A stretch of 63,704 bases of DNA, filler included, from Choristocarpus tenellus KU-1152 (Eukaryota; Protista; Phaeophyceae): assembly GCA_964200185.2 (NCBI GenBank). It is 10 parts of 10 records of this genome, joined end to end, with 100 filler letters (N's around TTAATTAATTAA, not from the genome) between each part and the next. Parts side by side here need not be neighbours in the genome. Positions count along the whole stretch, not along the records: positions 10,258 to 17,797 come from CAXNAD020005988.1; positions 17,898 to 25,189 come from CAXNAD020006389.1; positions 25,290 to 32,093 come from CAXNAD020007310.1; 7 more parts are not named here. One strand, given 5' to 3'. The notes under the pieces are model-generated. The model had not been told where the DNA came from. It worked only from the letters and a program-made list of their open reading frames with translations, and did no database searches. Position 1 is the stretch's first letter. Every line of letters begins with the position of its first letter. Below, piece after piece: positions 13,780-25,699 of the stretch. The position numbers were made by a program, and so were the translations under genes.

Positions 13780-14048
13780 GAGGTCAAGCATTTAAGAGGG
13801 TGGGGCCGAGTCCGTTTGGAGTTATAAATCCAATGTTGCGATTTTGATGAATTTTGGCTATCGTGTTTGTTAGCAAGTGCCAATATACTTGCTCCAAACG
13901 CACCTTTCATAGTCCTATACATTTTACCTACTCTCAAATCCGAAATGCTCACACAGAAAACTGAAAAAGGGCATAAAAAACTCGTGGGAAGCCAAGCTCC
14001 GAACGAATAAACAGGGCAAAACTCCTAACCTCTTAGATGCTTTGGCTA
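13780..14048 (+). mobile_element. MITE family A2 copy
   Basis: TIRs GAGGTCAAGCATTTAAGAGG / CCTCTTAGATGCTTTGGCTA; TSD TGT. Confidence 0.88.
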
Positions 14049-15647
14049 TGTGCACTCTCACCGTCTAGGTTGATGATCCTCACCCTCTTTGTGTTCCAGT
14101 TTTGGTCCAGTGTGTGGCCAAAACCTACAAGGCACTCTATTGTTCCACCTTGCATGGTAGCTGCCAACGTAGTGGCGGCTGCAGTGCCCATATTGTTGTC
14201 AGCTACTATGAGTTCTCTTAGCCGACCCTGGTTGGAGGCTAATGACCTAGCTAAGGCCATGCCACCAATGGGTCCCAGACTGTTAGACCTGATCACTCAC
14301 AAATTGCCAGCAGCAGCAGCAGCAGTGATGAAAACAGTTGAAGTTAATGGCAGCATGACTCCATACCATCATTATGTGGTTTTCATAGGAGGGTATGGAC
14401 AGTCATCCACTTGGAGCTAAGGTCTGATCTAACACTGAATAGGTGTACTTCTAGCAGGGTCTGAGATATTTCTGAGCAACACAATGTGGCAGTATTAGGG
14501 CTTCAAGGAAACATCGCCCATACTGTCATATGTGGAATGGATGCAAAGTATGATGTAATTGACCCCTTCACTGCCAAAGCCTAGAGCACCTTTCAATAAT
14601 GTTTTTACAAACTCAGGGCAATGCATAGAAGAGCACAAGCAGAACAAAGATACAGAATGCAAAACCTTTCCCATGAACTCTAGAGGGTGAGCACAAAGTA
14701 CAGTGCCACGTCGTTATCCAACACACCTTTATCCGCCCCCTACCCCTCCACCAGCCTCATCACCATCTAACACTCATCACTGGAGCATACCTGAGATTGA
14801 GCCGAACAAGGGTGTTGTTGAACTTAACTACTTTTGCAAGGGCATCTGCCACCCCAGCCCCAAGACCGTTGAAGGACAGATTGAGATCTGTAAGACAGAA
14901 GCCCCGCTTGTCTTCACCCACATCTGCTCTTGCTGCAGCTGCTGCTGCCACAAGACGACCCCCTTGAGGCCCTAGCATGCATCCTGCAAGGCTGAGGCTT
15001 GTGAGGCATGGGGATGTCTGCAATGCAGTGACAATAACACTGGCACCTTCCCTGTTGATATATTTGGAGAACGGAATTTCGGTAGTGGGGATATCAGAGG
15101 TGGGGAGTTATGCATATTATATTTGTCAAGTGAATACTTATGAGTACACATATTTAACCTAAGAATAGGAGCACTACGTAGTCTATATATATGAAATGAT
15201 TTTGAGATCCTCATCTTTGCTTTGTAACAGACGAAATGGGCAAATAAAGCATGATTGAGGGGAAAGGAGACATAGCAGGGGCGATTATTCCCTATTGAAT
15301 GAATGTGACAGCTTCCTCAGACAAACCATACAGTCTTGGACACAGCAACAAACACAAACGCCACAACAGGAGGGGGAAATATGCATGGTGGAGATACACT
15401 TTGTGCTGATATTGCTTTTCATTCCATGTCAGCTACCCCTTGATTGTCTACAAGATTTTTCTAATCTTTAACATACACATATACGTGTATACGAAGTGCA
15501 TATATGGGATGTGTATTTGCTCTCTTTTTCTTGCCTTCGAATAGGGTTCCAGCTCAGGTCCACCACTGCCAAACAAGGAGCAGTTGCCAGGTAAAAGGCA
15601 ATCGGGGTAACTGTCTCCCCATTCAGTTTGCAGGATGTCACGACCAG
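14033..15647 (-). CDS. Ribonuclease-inhibitor-like (NLRC3-type) leucine-rich repeat protein, 3' exons 15647-15535, 15051-14791, 14288-~14035
   Basis: Spliced frame LAVVDLSWNPIRR|EGASVIVTALQTSPCLTSLSLAGCMLG...LTDLNLSFNGLG...LVRLNLR|SNSLGPIGG...LRELIVADNNMG; LxxLxLxxNxI/LG repeats; intron phases match; 5' part not found, 3' end uncertain. Confidence 0.85.
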
Positions 15648-17361
15648 CTGAAATAGTGAGATGGGGGTGAGAAGGGACAATGGGAAGAGTGGATAGAAAA
15701 CGACAAGGTTTTGGAGAACAGTTCGAAGAGGGCATTGGGGGGGGCGGAAAAGAAGTGCAAGCAAAACAGTAAAGACCCTGCAGCTGCTGGTCATTGTGCG
15801 TGGGTTGTGAAAGGGAACCAATCAGGAAAGCATTCCATTTGCACTTAATATCCAACCTGCCATTTTTTTTAACCTTTTTTGCAACTAATGAGAAAATCCC
15901 AATACGTCAACTGTGTTTTGTCAGGCAGTACCTATGGCGTTGTTCTTAAGAAGCATTCTCCAGATACCAAAAGTATGTCAAGAATGCTAGAGCACTCACA
16001 ATGGATTGGATTGGTAGTAACGGTCTTCTTTCTTCTCAAGAAAAATATCGAGATACCACTCTTCCACTGGGGCAGACAGTCATTGGCCAAACAGGGTTAT
16101 CACAATATCTAACCACAAATCCATTCCACCATCTGCCAGCGACTGTCCACTCCAGTGACACAGTGGTGTATCAATATTCGACAAAACAGAGACTGGGGAG
16201 CTAACCCATTACAATCCGTGGGTCCATCAACCCCCTCATCGCACACTCTCCCCTAGTGATAACCTCCATCATAGCATTTTCTCTTACGAGTTCCTACTAG
16301 TGTTAATTATTAAATATTATTTGTCACCATAGTCTAGGGAAACATCCCCACACGTGGTCAGAGTCCCTACACTCTACACTTCTTGTACTTAAAACTACTG
16401 ACTAATTGCACTGGCTCTATTCCTGCTTCTCACACTTTGGGTTCAGCACTCCTACTGTCCGATCCTTTGTCTCCTCACTCAAATCCTCGGTTGGATCCAA
16501 ACCCGAGTTTGCACCTTGATCCTGGTCTGGCGTTGTTGTGGTGCAGAGACAGATACATCAAAAAAAATAATAGAGGTGTCGAACTAGAGGGGCTTTCCAT
16601 GTGGGATAACATCATCACTGAAGTCAGACTCCCGTGAAAACAAGTCTGTCATTGAAGGGGTTTGAACCCGCTAGATTCATTCATATAGGTCACTGTCACC
16701 TTGCAAGAACGCCCCCAAAAAACTCAAGAGTTACGATAACTGTTCCTGGATCCCCTCTCACCCAATCTTGATCATATACAAGTAGGGTGTCTGGAAAGCA
16801 TTCCAGGTGGGATTCGATCCCATAACATCTGACTTCTTGAGAACTAACTGAGGTATCAGTGTTCTACTGGGGTCGAGTACAGGCAGCCTTGCAGATTGAA
16901 AGGAAAATACTCTGGGGTATTTGACATTCCATATCCCAAGAGATAGATAGCATTAGCTGCATCTTTTTCCTCTCTATCACTGCAGTGATGACCCTTTTAT
17001 TCTAATTCGTTCATCAACGCACAGATAGAACGTGACACTTTGCACCCCCATGCACAACCCACTAGTGCAGGAACCTGTAATCCCAGAGGTGCATTGAGCA
17101 AGAAAGGAAGGACTACGAGATGTTGGATATACTCCTCTCCCCAGCTTGAAATATCTGGGGCATTTCACCGGGAAGCAAGTTAAAAAGGCCAGGTCTGCTG
17201 ACCGAACCAGATTAAACATTCTCTAACATGTCCGGACCATGTTCACTGGATATTAAACCACTCCGTGTCTACCAGCCGGACTGGGTTAACATTCTCTAAG
17301 ATTTCCAGACCATATCCACTTGGTAATTGTGGCGATCCATGTCCACTGGCTGACCAGTCTA

Positions 17362-17623
17362 GACCCAAAGCATTTAAGAGGGGGTAGAAGCTTTGCCCTG
17401 TTTGTCCGTTTGGGGCTTGGCTTCCCACTGGTTTTTTATGACCTTTTTTGAGTTTTCTGTGTGAACACAGTTACCAAAAATGTATACGACTATGAAAGGT
17501 GTGTCCGGTAGCAAGGATATTGAAACTTGCTAACAAACACGATATCCATAATCCATCAAAATCGCAATGTTGGATTTATGATCCCGAACAAACGCGGCCC
17601 TACCCTCCTAAATGCTTTGGGTC
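17362..17623 (-). mobile_element. MITE family A2 copy
   Basis: TIRs GACCCAAAGCATTTA / TAAATGCTTTGGGTC; 3-bp TSD CTA. Confidence 0.92.
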
Positions 17624-17752
17624 CTAACTTTTCTTGCATGTCTGAACCGTGGCCACCGACCACTCTTAACCTTTTTCTGGCAAGTCAGGACCTTGTCCAC
17701 TGCGTGCTATACCAGTCCAAAGATGAAGAATTTGTGCACATGTGAAAGGTTT

Positions 17753-17797
17753 GGCTCAAAGTATCTATATGGGGGGGGGGGGGGGGGGGGGGGGGCC
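17753..17797. mobile_element. MITE family B terminus, cut by gap
   Basis: GGCTCAAAGTATCT followed by poly-G into the linker. Confidence 0.7.
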
Positions 17798-17907
17798 NNN
17801 NNNNNNNNNNNNNNNNNNNNNNNNNNNNNNNNNNNNNNNNNTTAATTAATTAANNNNNNNNNNNNNNNNNNNNNNNNNNNNNNNNNNNNNNNNNNNNCCC
17901 CCCCTGC

Positions 17908-18060
17908 GATGACCAACCAATGCGAACCTCCTTTCACCCCCCACATCCGATGACCAACCAGTGCAACCCCTTTGCCACTGATTTCCAGTCACCAACCACC
18001 TTTGACGACAAACTAGTGCAGGCCCTTTGCCACTGATTTCCAGTCACCACCCCACCTTTC
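17908..18060. repeat. Short diverged tandem repeat (~45-60 bp units)
   Basis: GATGACCAACCA.TGC and CCCTTTGCCACTGATTTCCAGTCACCA each occur twice. Confidence 0.7.
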
Positions 18061-18517
18061 AAACCTCACTGAACCTCACACCACTAACCACTCCACCACA
18101 CCATTCTAGAAACAGTATGGAGGGTTTTAGTAACATAGCTCAGGCGTTTGCATTATTTGATGTTTGGAGCATATGTGATTCTTGACTGGATCTATGCTCA
18201 CTCCTTCAACAAATAAAAGAGCTGTAAGTCCCAACGTGGGGTGGTCCTTACATGCTATCATAGACCCGTTCCTGTGGTTGAACTGTCTATAATTCAATTG
18301 AATTCTCGAGACCTGACCATAGGATCGAGTGCGGCAAAAAAATTGGCTGGGGAAGGCCAACACGTAATCGCGGTAACTTGCTGAAGCTTGGAGTGCACAC
18401 AACCGGGCAGAAACCAGCATATTTACTTGATTGACAGGGCACAATATGTCAACGAACGAGGGAAATGGACCTGGCGCAGCCTGGGGGAGGTTGAGAGAGA
18501 CCGGTTGGTCTAAATAG

Positions 18518-19342
18518 ATGATAGCGCAGCATATTCAACAACCTCCCCGAGTTGAGAGACTTGTTGAGAAGGAGGTGAGGGAGTTTCTGACAGCCCGACG
18601 CGAATATGAGATGAACGTTAGGATGCAACACTCAGAAGGAACTATTCAAATTGCATTCATGACGCTGTCCGAGTCCTTAACCGTTGCTCAGAGACGAGAA
18701 CTGGTGCGGGACGAACTAAAAAGTAATTGGGCTGCAGTGACAGAGGAGCAAGTCCTTAAAGCCCTTAAGAAGGTGGCGAGAGTCGATGACGACTGCAGAA
18801 CCTTCGACATTGGCAAATCTAAAGGGATTTGCAGAGGGTGGGCCGGATGGGAAACGAAGGGTCAGCCGCGGATAGGGTAATGGGTGTAATCCAGGATATA
18901 GAAAGCTATCTGGAAGATAACAATCTGGATGGTGCTTTCCATGATAATGCTGGACAAGTGGAGGAGACTTGGAAGGCAGGGCCGGGAAAGGTACTCTCAG
19001 AGGCCTTTATTGTAGGACTTCAACCCCCTGCGTTTAAGGCTGAAATTGCTAAGTATGTGGCGTGGGATCCTGAGCTAAAAAAGGATCCAGACCAGACCTT
19101 TGAGCTGGTAAAGGAGGAAGCTGAAAACTGGAGAATGTATGAGAGGGCCGGGGATTTTGAATCGAAACGAACCAAGTAAGGTGAACCTGGTGGTAAACAC
19201 CAAGAGGGAAGCCTAAGTTTGGGGAGACGAATGGCAAGCCAGGGCAAGGCACACCTGGTAGTGGACTTAGTGTGAGGAAGAACAAGTTCCAAGGGACTTG
19301 TGATGCATGTGGGAAAGTTGGGCATAAACATGCTCAATGCTG
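18518..19342 (+). pseudogene. gag: Gag remnant with CCHC zinc knuckle
   Basis: Frameshifted ORFs 18518-18880 and 18829-19179, then CDACGKVGHKHAQC at ~19298-19339. Confidence 0.8.
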
Positions 19343-19799
19343 AAGCTTGCTGGTTGGAGTCCGGAAGGAGTAGCAGCATCAGCAGCAGAGGCATCCACAA
19401 CATTGAGGTAGAGGTAAAGACCCTGGGAGGGTATCTGGACCACAACCCGGGGGGTGCCAGACAGCAACCCTTAAGTGTGGGGAGAGGAACAGGCCATCTA
19501 GGTGCAGCCCAAGGTATAAGGAGCCAGCAGGGGCTAGCTTCACAGTCTGCTACCGAGTTAAGGCAAGGCACTGGTGGTGGGAGTACGAGTGGTAGGGCAG
19601 TGATGATCGATGAGATGGTTCCTGATGATGTGGATCATGGGATGCCTCTGCTACCACCAAGCCTGGATCCCAACATTATTCCTTATGGAGACCATACTGG
19701 CCTACGAAAAATCCAGGGCACTCACGAGGAAGTGTCCCTAGCTACGGAAGGGGTGGATATAGAAAGGTTGAGCTACCATGGTACCGCAGATGCACTCCA

Positions 19800-21808
19800 G
19801 TGGGGGTCAATATGCATGAGAAGTTGCCTTTCAGTATGAAGGCCCTGATGGACCCAGGGTCAGGGATCACAGGCATACCTGAGAGCCTGGTGAAAAACTT
19901 GCAGCAGCATTTTGGTGGAGCAGTGCTAACCAATCCCATCCACCAGCCCTTCCCTGTCAAGATCGCAAATGAATTATCTGAGTCAATAAGGAATGTGAAT
20001 AGTCCCTTAAATGTGGCACTCCCACTCGGGCTATGGACCCGTGGTGGTGAGAAATCTTGTCTTGACAGTTACACCAGGCAATGATGATGTGTTAATTGTG
20101 GGCAACAAAACATTGCGGGACGTTTTAGGCTTTGACATGAAGCAATCTTTCGAGGAAGCGGCCCGAAGGAACAAAGAACTGCCCATTGCAGATCTGGAAC
20201 AAGATATTACTTCTATGTGGTGGTGTATGAGTGTTAGCATGGAGGTGATGGAGAAGAGTGAAAGTATCTGAGAGGGTACGAGTTTTTACCTTTTTCTCCA
20301 TTTGGGGCTTGGCTTCCTATGGGTTTTTAATGACATTTTACCTACTTCAAAACATTTCGGAGTAGAGAAAATGTATACGTTATGAAAAGGTGTGTCTGGA
20401 ACAAGGATATTGACATTTCCTAACAAACATGATAGCCAAAATTACATCAAAATTGCAATATGGATCTTGGCGCCCAAATGGACATGGCTCTACCCTCTAA
20501 GATACTTTGACTCAGAAGAGCATGGGGACGGCTCATCTGGACAGAGGCGATGACTCCATCTCTACACTACTGGAACAAGGCCCTGAGCTCATGATGGAAC
20601 CTGCAGAAGAGGAAAAAAAACAATGCTTGGCCTTAGAAAATTCCTTACAAGAGGCACAACGGGCCGGGATACCCTTGGGTGCCTGGGGGCACCTACAGCA
20701 AGCGATAGCAACCCGGACCAATGTGTTCCGCATATTCTTGGGGCTTGATCCGCCTGCCAAGGTGGAGTCTATACAGGTAGTGCTGAAGGAAGGGGCGACT
20801 CCTGTGAAGGCCAGACCCAGGGCATCCCATCCGAAGCGACACAGCTGGATGGCAGGGTTTGTGGGCCTGCTGGTTGTACTGGAGATACTAAGGTGGACCC
20901 CACAGGATGTATGGAGCAACCCATCATTGCCTTTGCCCAAGCCTGAGGGGCGGGGCTATTGGCTGGTGACGGATTTCAGCGCGGTGAACATTGTCTCACA
21001 GGCGGTGGAGCTCTCACACCCCAGGGAGGAGTGTGCAGTGCTGATGTCTCCAGACGCCTCTGACAAGCACTGGGGGTGTTTTGTTACACAGATCCCTTAG
21101 GTGGAGCTGAATGAAGGCGTTGCAGCTGAAAATATGGGTCATGAGCCGCTGAGTAGTTCTTTGCAGGGATCACAGCTACACTGGGCCGCAGTGAATAAGG
21201 TAGTGGTGTGAGCTGTTGCTATGTCTACGGAGGTGCAGGGAGAGGACACCCTGCCAACAAGAGAGGCACAACTAGTTGCCAGCAAGGCCCTAGGGGGTGT
21301 GACAGTGCACGAAAGCGGAGGATTTATGATCTCTGCTGGCCGTGTACATCATGACCAGGATGGCATGATGCAGGTGGGGGCTGAGGTTACAGCCCCACCA
21401 TGGATACCTGATATGGCAAAGGATCTGTGGACTCGCCTGATGGTGTGTGCACACATGGGCAAAGCTGGGCATCGTTGCAGGGCAGCAATGGTGCAGCGGC
21501 TGAAGAGGTTGTGGTCCTATGCAGACAAGGAGCTGAACGTGACCATAGAGACAAAGCCAGCATTCCAGTACATGCAGAACCAGGGGGAATTTGAAATGTC
21601 TGATATTCTGGCGGTGCGCAGGGTAGAAGGATACGAACACCAGGTTTTGGTGGATTGGTTAGGGTTAAGTGAGGATGAGAGGACATGGGAGCCACTCTCT
21701 TCCATTTTGAAGGATGCCCCTATCTTTCTGTTTAAACAGTTGAAGAAACTGAAGTTGCACGCACAAGTGCACAATGCGATTAGGAGGCAGTACAAGATTG
21801 ACATTTGA
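19800..21808 (+). pseudogene. pol: Pol remnant: protease, RT N-terminus, RNase H fragment, integrase HH-motif fragment, chromodomain
   Basis: KALMDPGSGITG; LKEGATPVKARPR..WSNPSLPLPKP..LVTDFSAVN; PDASDKHWG..HEPL; RLMVCAHMGKAGHR; QVLVDWLGLSEDERTWEPL. Confidence 0.88.
20256..20513 (-). mobile_element. MITE family A inserted in Gypsy pol
   Basis: Full TIRs; 4-bp TSD AGAA. Confidence 0.92.
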
Positions 21809-22920
21809 CTTGGATACTGTATGCTGTTCTTTGTCGAGCTGGCGGTTTTGCTACTGTTGGTAGCATGCTTGGCTCTGGGGGTGTTGTAGACACATCATGG
21901 AGGGTTTTAATAACATAGCTGAGACATTTTGCGTTATTTGATTTTTGGAGCATATGTGATCCTTGACTGGATCTATGCTCACTCCCTTAACAAATAACCT
22001 AAACAAATAACAGAGCTGTAAGCCCCAATGTGGGGTGGAGTCCTTACATGCTATCATAGATCAGCTCCTGTGGTTGAACTGTCTATACCATTCAACACCA
22101 CTCACCATTCCAAAATTATCTTCTCATGTTGTTGTTGCCTTCGCGATTTTGTTGTGAAAGTTTTTTTATTGTAGGGATATATTGGATAGTACTGGACATG
22201 TTAGATTTAGAGTTCACACTACTGATTGGGACGTGGATACTAGATAATCAACCTAAACATTATTTCAACTAAACAAAGTCCTATGCCAGTGGTATTCGGC
22301 CCTTTGGAATCAATGCAGGGGATGGATTCTCGAGTCAATGAGGCACTGTAATGGATGCAACAATATCAATATCAGAGACAAATTATTGAGCCCTAAATGA
22401 AAAAAAAGCTACATATACATGTGTATGGTACACATCTTTATTGTTTGGTGTGGGTTCATCTCCTCTATATCACAGTATCAAAGACAATAATACCACAAAA
22501 CCAGCGACAAAAAGACTATCCATAATTTTCCATGAGACTAGATCAACTCTCTATTTTATCCGATCGAGAGTATATAGTAAATAATATAGGTATCGTGGAT
22601 AATATTCCCGACTAGAGACTGAGTAGTAGGCCCTTCTTTGTGTAGTGACTGTATTTTGAACCGATTTTGTAGGGTTTATGGTTTTACAGGTAGTGGTCCA
22701 ATGTTTGGTCGAAATATTTGGATTTTGTGATTAATTGGGTGAAGATGTTGCGTTGTCAAATTTGAAGGTGTTATAGTGACCATTATGTGTTACTGATTCG
22801 AAGTCGTTGATGAACTTGGGAATCTTCCGTATTTCAGTGTACGTTCACGTCCCAATAGGCGCAGAATATAATTTGGTGTAAGTTGTTTGAAATGTTTGTT
22901 TCATCCATGCATCCATTGAA

Positions 22921-23007
22921 AACAGCCGATTTCAAAAATTGAGGATGGGCTTGACCCAAAATTGACTGGGATAAAGTGTCGATATGTTTTTTTTTTTAAA
23001 TATTGTT
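22921..23007 (+). mobile_element. Mini TIR element family E
   Basis: AACAGCCGATTTC...TTGTT with 4-bp TSD TGAA; related copies at 46361-46428 and 54517-54630. Confidence 0.8.
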
Positions 23008-23264
23008 TGAAGCAACCCACGAACCACAAAGAAAATTAATTAGGAATGGAGAAAATGACCATGCCGGGCAACAGAGACTCAACAACATTAGACATTTTTT
23101 TTTGATTACTATAATTTTGGAGATGTGTAGGGAGGAAACAAGAAGAAACGAAGTTCATCAGACAAGCAAACAAGAAAGACAGACGATGTAAAATAATATA
23201 ATATGTAAGACACGTAGGGGACAGGTTGAAACTGACCCAATCAATCTCTACCAATAACCCATCT

Positions 23265-23322
23265 ATTTCATTGGTTTCCCCCTGACACATCTGCAAAATG
23301 TCAGAGGGCATAATAATAAAAA
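23265..23322. repeat. ~55-bp hairpin repeat family D (also ~1665-1715, 23464-23522, 35582-35638)
   Basis: TTTCATTGGTTTCCCCCTGACACATCTGCAAAATGTCAGAGGGCATAATAATAAA; stem CCCCCTGACA/TGTCAGAGGG; similar boundaries in four copies. Confidence 0.8.
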
Positions 23323-25289
23323 TATATATACATGTCGTTATTAGCCCTAAAGAACATATCCACAATGGTCAGTAGTAGTATAATAATAGTAATATAAAAT
23401 ATAACCCTAATCCTAGTGACTATAAATAACAAAAAGTAGAAAGTATGTACTGACAATAAAATTATTTCATTGGTTTCTCCCCCTAACACATCTGGAAAAT
23501 GTTATAGGGCATAATAATTAAAACAAATGATCCTCATGCATATATTTGCTATAAAAGTGGTACTAGTAAATATGCATAGATATGTCAAACCCTACCTCTC
23601 CCCCTTTAAATATGAACCAGAAGTATGTATGTATATTTTCTAATTATTACCAGATCGCTTGAGTTGTCTTTGCCTTCTTGGTAACATTATATATCAATTC
23701 GTTCATTGTTATATATATCATCAATGTCTCCATTAACATTCCAGAAGTGTTTGAGAAAATTCCTTCGTACTCAGTTTTTTGGTATAACAATGGTCTTTTC
23801 ACAACTGTGTTAGTTGCTGTACCCACAATATTTTGCAAGATTATCTGACCAATGATAATTATTTTTCAATTTATAGCGCTCAATAGGAGAATTTGTGTTG
23901 ACCACAACAAACCGATCACAACAAACCAGATCTTCCATTTCCAACCCCCACAACACTACACAAAATAACTCCCACCCACCTTCCACCAGTACTACATCTA
24001 CATAAACTCAAACCTCGCTCTAATTATGTTTCTATCATCTTTTTAACTCCTAAATATTTTGAAATCCATCTAGAAACGTCATGAAATGTTATCAGACGTA
24101 GGATGACGTGGGGTTCAAAACGTTCTATTTTATATTGTGGAGGGCTGTTATTGGATACTATCATGAATAGGATACTTAGTATTTGATTCTCATTTGTGAA
24201 TCCATTATTCGTTTCTTCTTTCATTACTTAATTGGAGAGATCTGGCCAATCAATCCCCGAAATCTTTGGGAAATATTTTTTCGAAGTTGTCCATTATTAT
24301 AATAGTGGAAATCAATCGAATATTTTGAAGATCGAAAACTATTGAATATTTTCATAGATATTGGGTTGAACTTTCTTACCTGCATAACAAGAAAATATGA
24401 AGTAGAATATTTGATATGATACATATTTGACATATTATGTTTTGTTTTTAAATTCTCACTAATATATATTGGAACGCCTTCTTTCAAAATCTCTTCCTTC
24501 TTCAAAGATATCTCTTCCACTCTCTTGAGGTTTGAGCAGGTGGTGGATTAATACGTCTCTCAAACTTCGGTTTAAAAGCAGTAATCCAACACACACAGTA
24601 TATAGAAATAAATATTGTTTTTTTCGTAATGTATATTAGATAAGATAATGTAAGGATGTAGGTAGATACATAATAGAATGAACTCTTTTGTAACAATATT
24701 TTTTTGAAGATAAGTACAGTAAACGTATTATAGAAATGCCCAAAAACATATTTTTATTGTGGGAAAGGTTTCATATGCTGCTGTGAAAGAAGAATATGTT
24801 TGTCAATCCGATTATTCCAGAACGGCTACAAACACAGAACATTTCTAAGGGGTAGAACTAATTTCGGCAGCGCTCATCTTTCTGATTTCTAAGTGTATCC
24901 CTCAACGGCAGAATATCACTCCGCGAGGATTCCCGACCTTACAATCTTGATTTTAGTGAATGGACCCCAAATGCAATATTTTGTTTCTTGTTTTTTTTGA
25001 TAATTTTTAAGTTGATAGTGATCTCTCCGCTTACGATATGGACCGTGGCCCTCACCGACTCTTTCTCCACCTCTTCCCCCCCCTACCCCCCTTTGCATGA
25101 CTCCCTTTCTTCCCAACCCTGGAACCCAACTTTCTCCCTATCCTCAACATCTCGCCCTCCCTTCGAGCCCAATCTACTGCCTTTTCCTTNNNNNNNNNNN
25201 NNNNNNNNNNNNNNNNNNNNNNNNNNNNNNNNNTTAATTAATTAANNNNNNNNNNNNNNNNNNNNNNNNNNNNNNNNNNNNNNNNNNNN

Positions 25290-25329
25290 CAAATGGACAG
25301 CCGCCACCCCCTCCCAGATACCTTTAGCC
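25290..25329. mobile_element. MITE family B terminus after gap
   Basis: CAAATGGACAGCCGCCACCCCCTCCCAGATACCTTTAGCC. Confidence 0.75.
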
Positions 25330-25450
25330 ATTTTTTACTTCACTGACATTGCTCCCTCAATAAGACATCCCATCACTCTGCTACACGTATAAGACACACG
25401 CCGGGATGCAATATAAACAGAGTTAAAACCATCCTTCGAAACCCTTCTCT

Positions 25451-25690
25451 GAGTGAAAGTATCTTAGAGGGTACGAGTTTTACCCTCTTTGTCCGTTCGG
25501 GGCTTGGCTTCCCGTGGGTTTTTTAACGACATTTTCCTATTCCGAAATGTTTCGGAGTAGGTAAAATGTATACGTTTTGGAGTAGGTTATCATGCACATG
25601 TCCGGAACAAGGATAATGACACTTCCTAACAAACATGATAGCCAAAATTACATCAAAATTGCAACATAGGATTTTGGCCCCCAAATGGAC
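25451..25690 (-). mobile_element. MITE family A, one end truncated
   Basis: GAGTGAAAGTATCTTAGAGGGTA start and A internal sequence; second TIR missing. Confidence 0.88.
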
Positions 25691-25699
25691 CCCCCACTC

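Larger units (their letters stand above)
18107..22088 (+). mobile_element. Ty3/Gypsy chromodomain LTR retrotransposon, internally deleted
   Basis: LTRs ~18107-18291 and 21885-22088, 5-bp TSD CATTC, G-rich tract before the 3' LTR; gag, Zn knuckle, protease, RT, RNase H, integrase and chromodomain remnants in Gypsy order. Confidence 0.93.
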
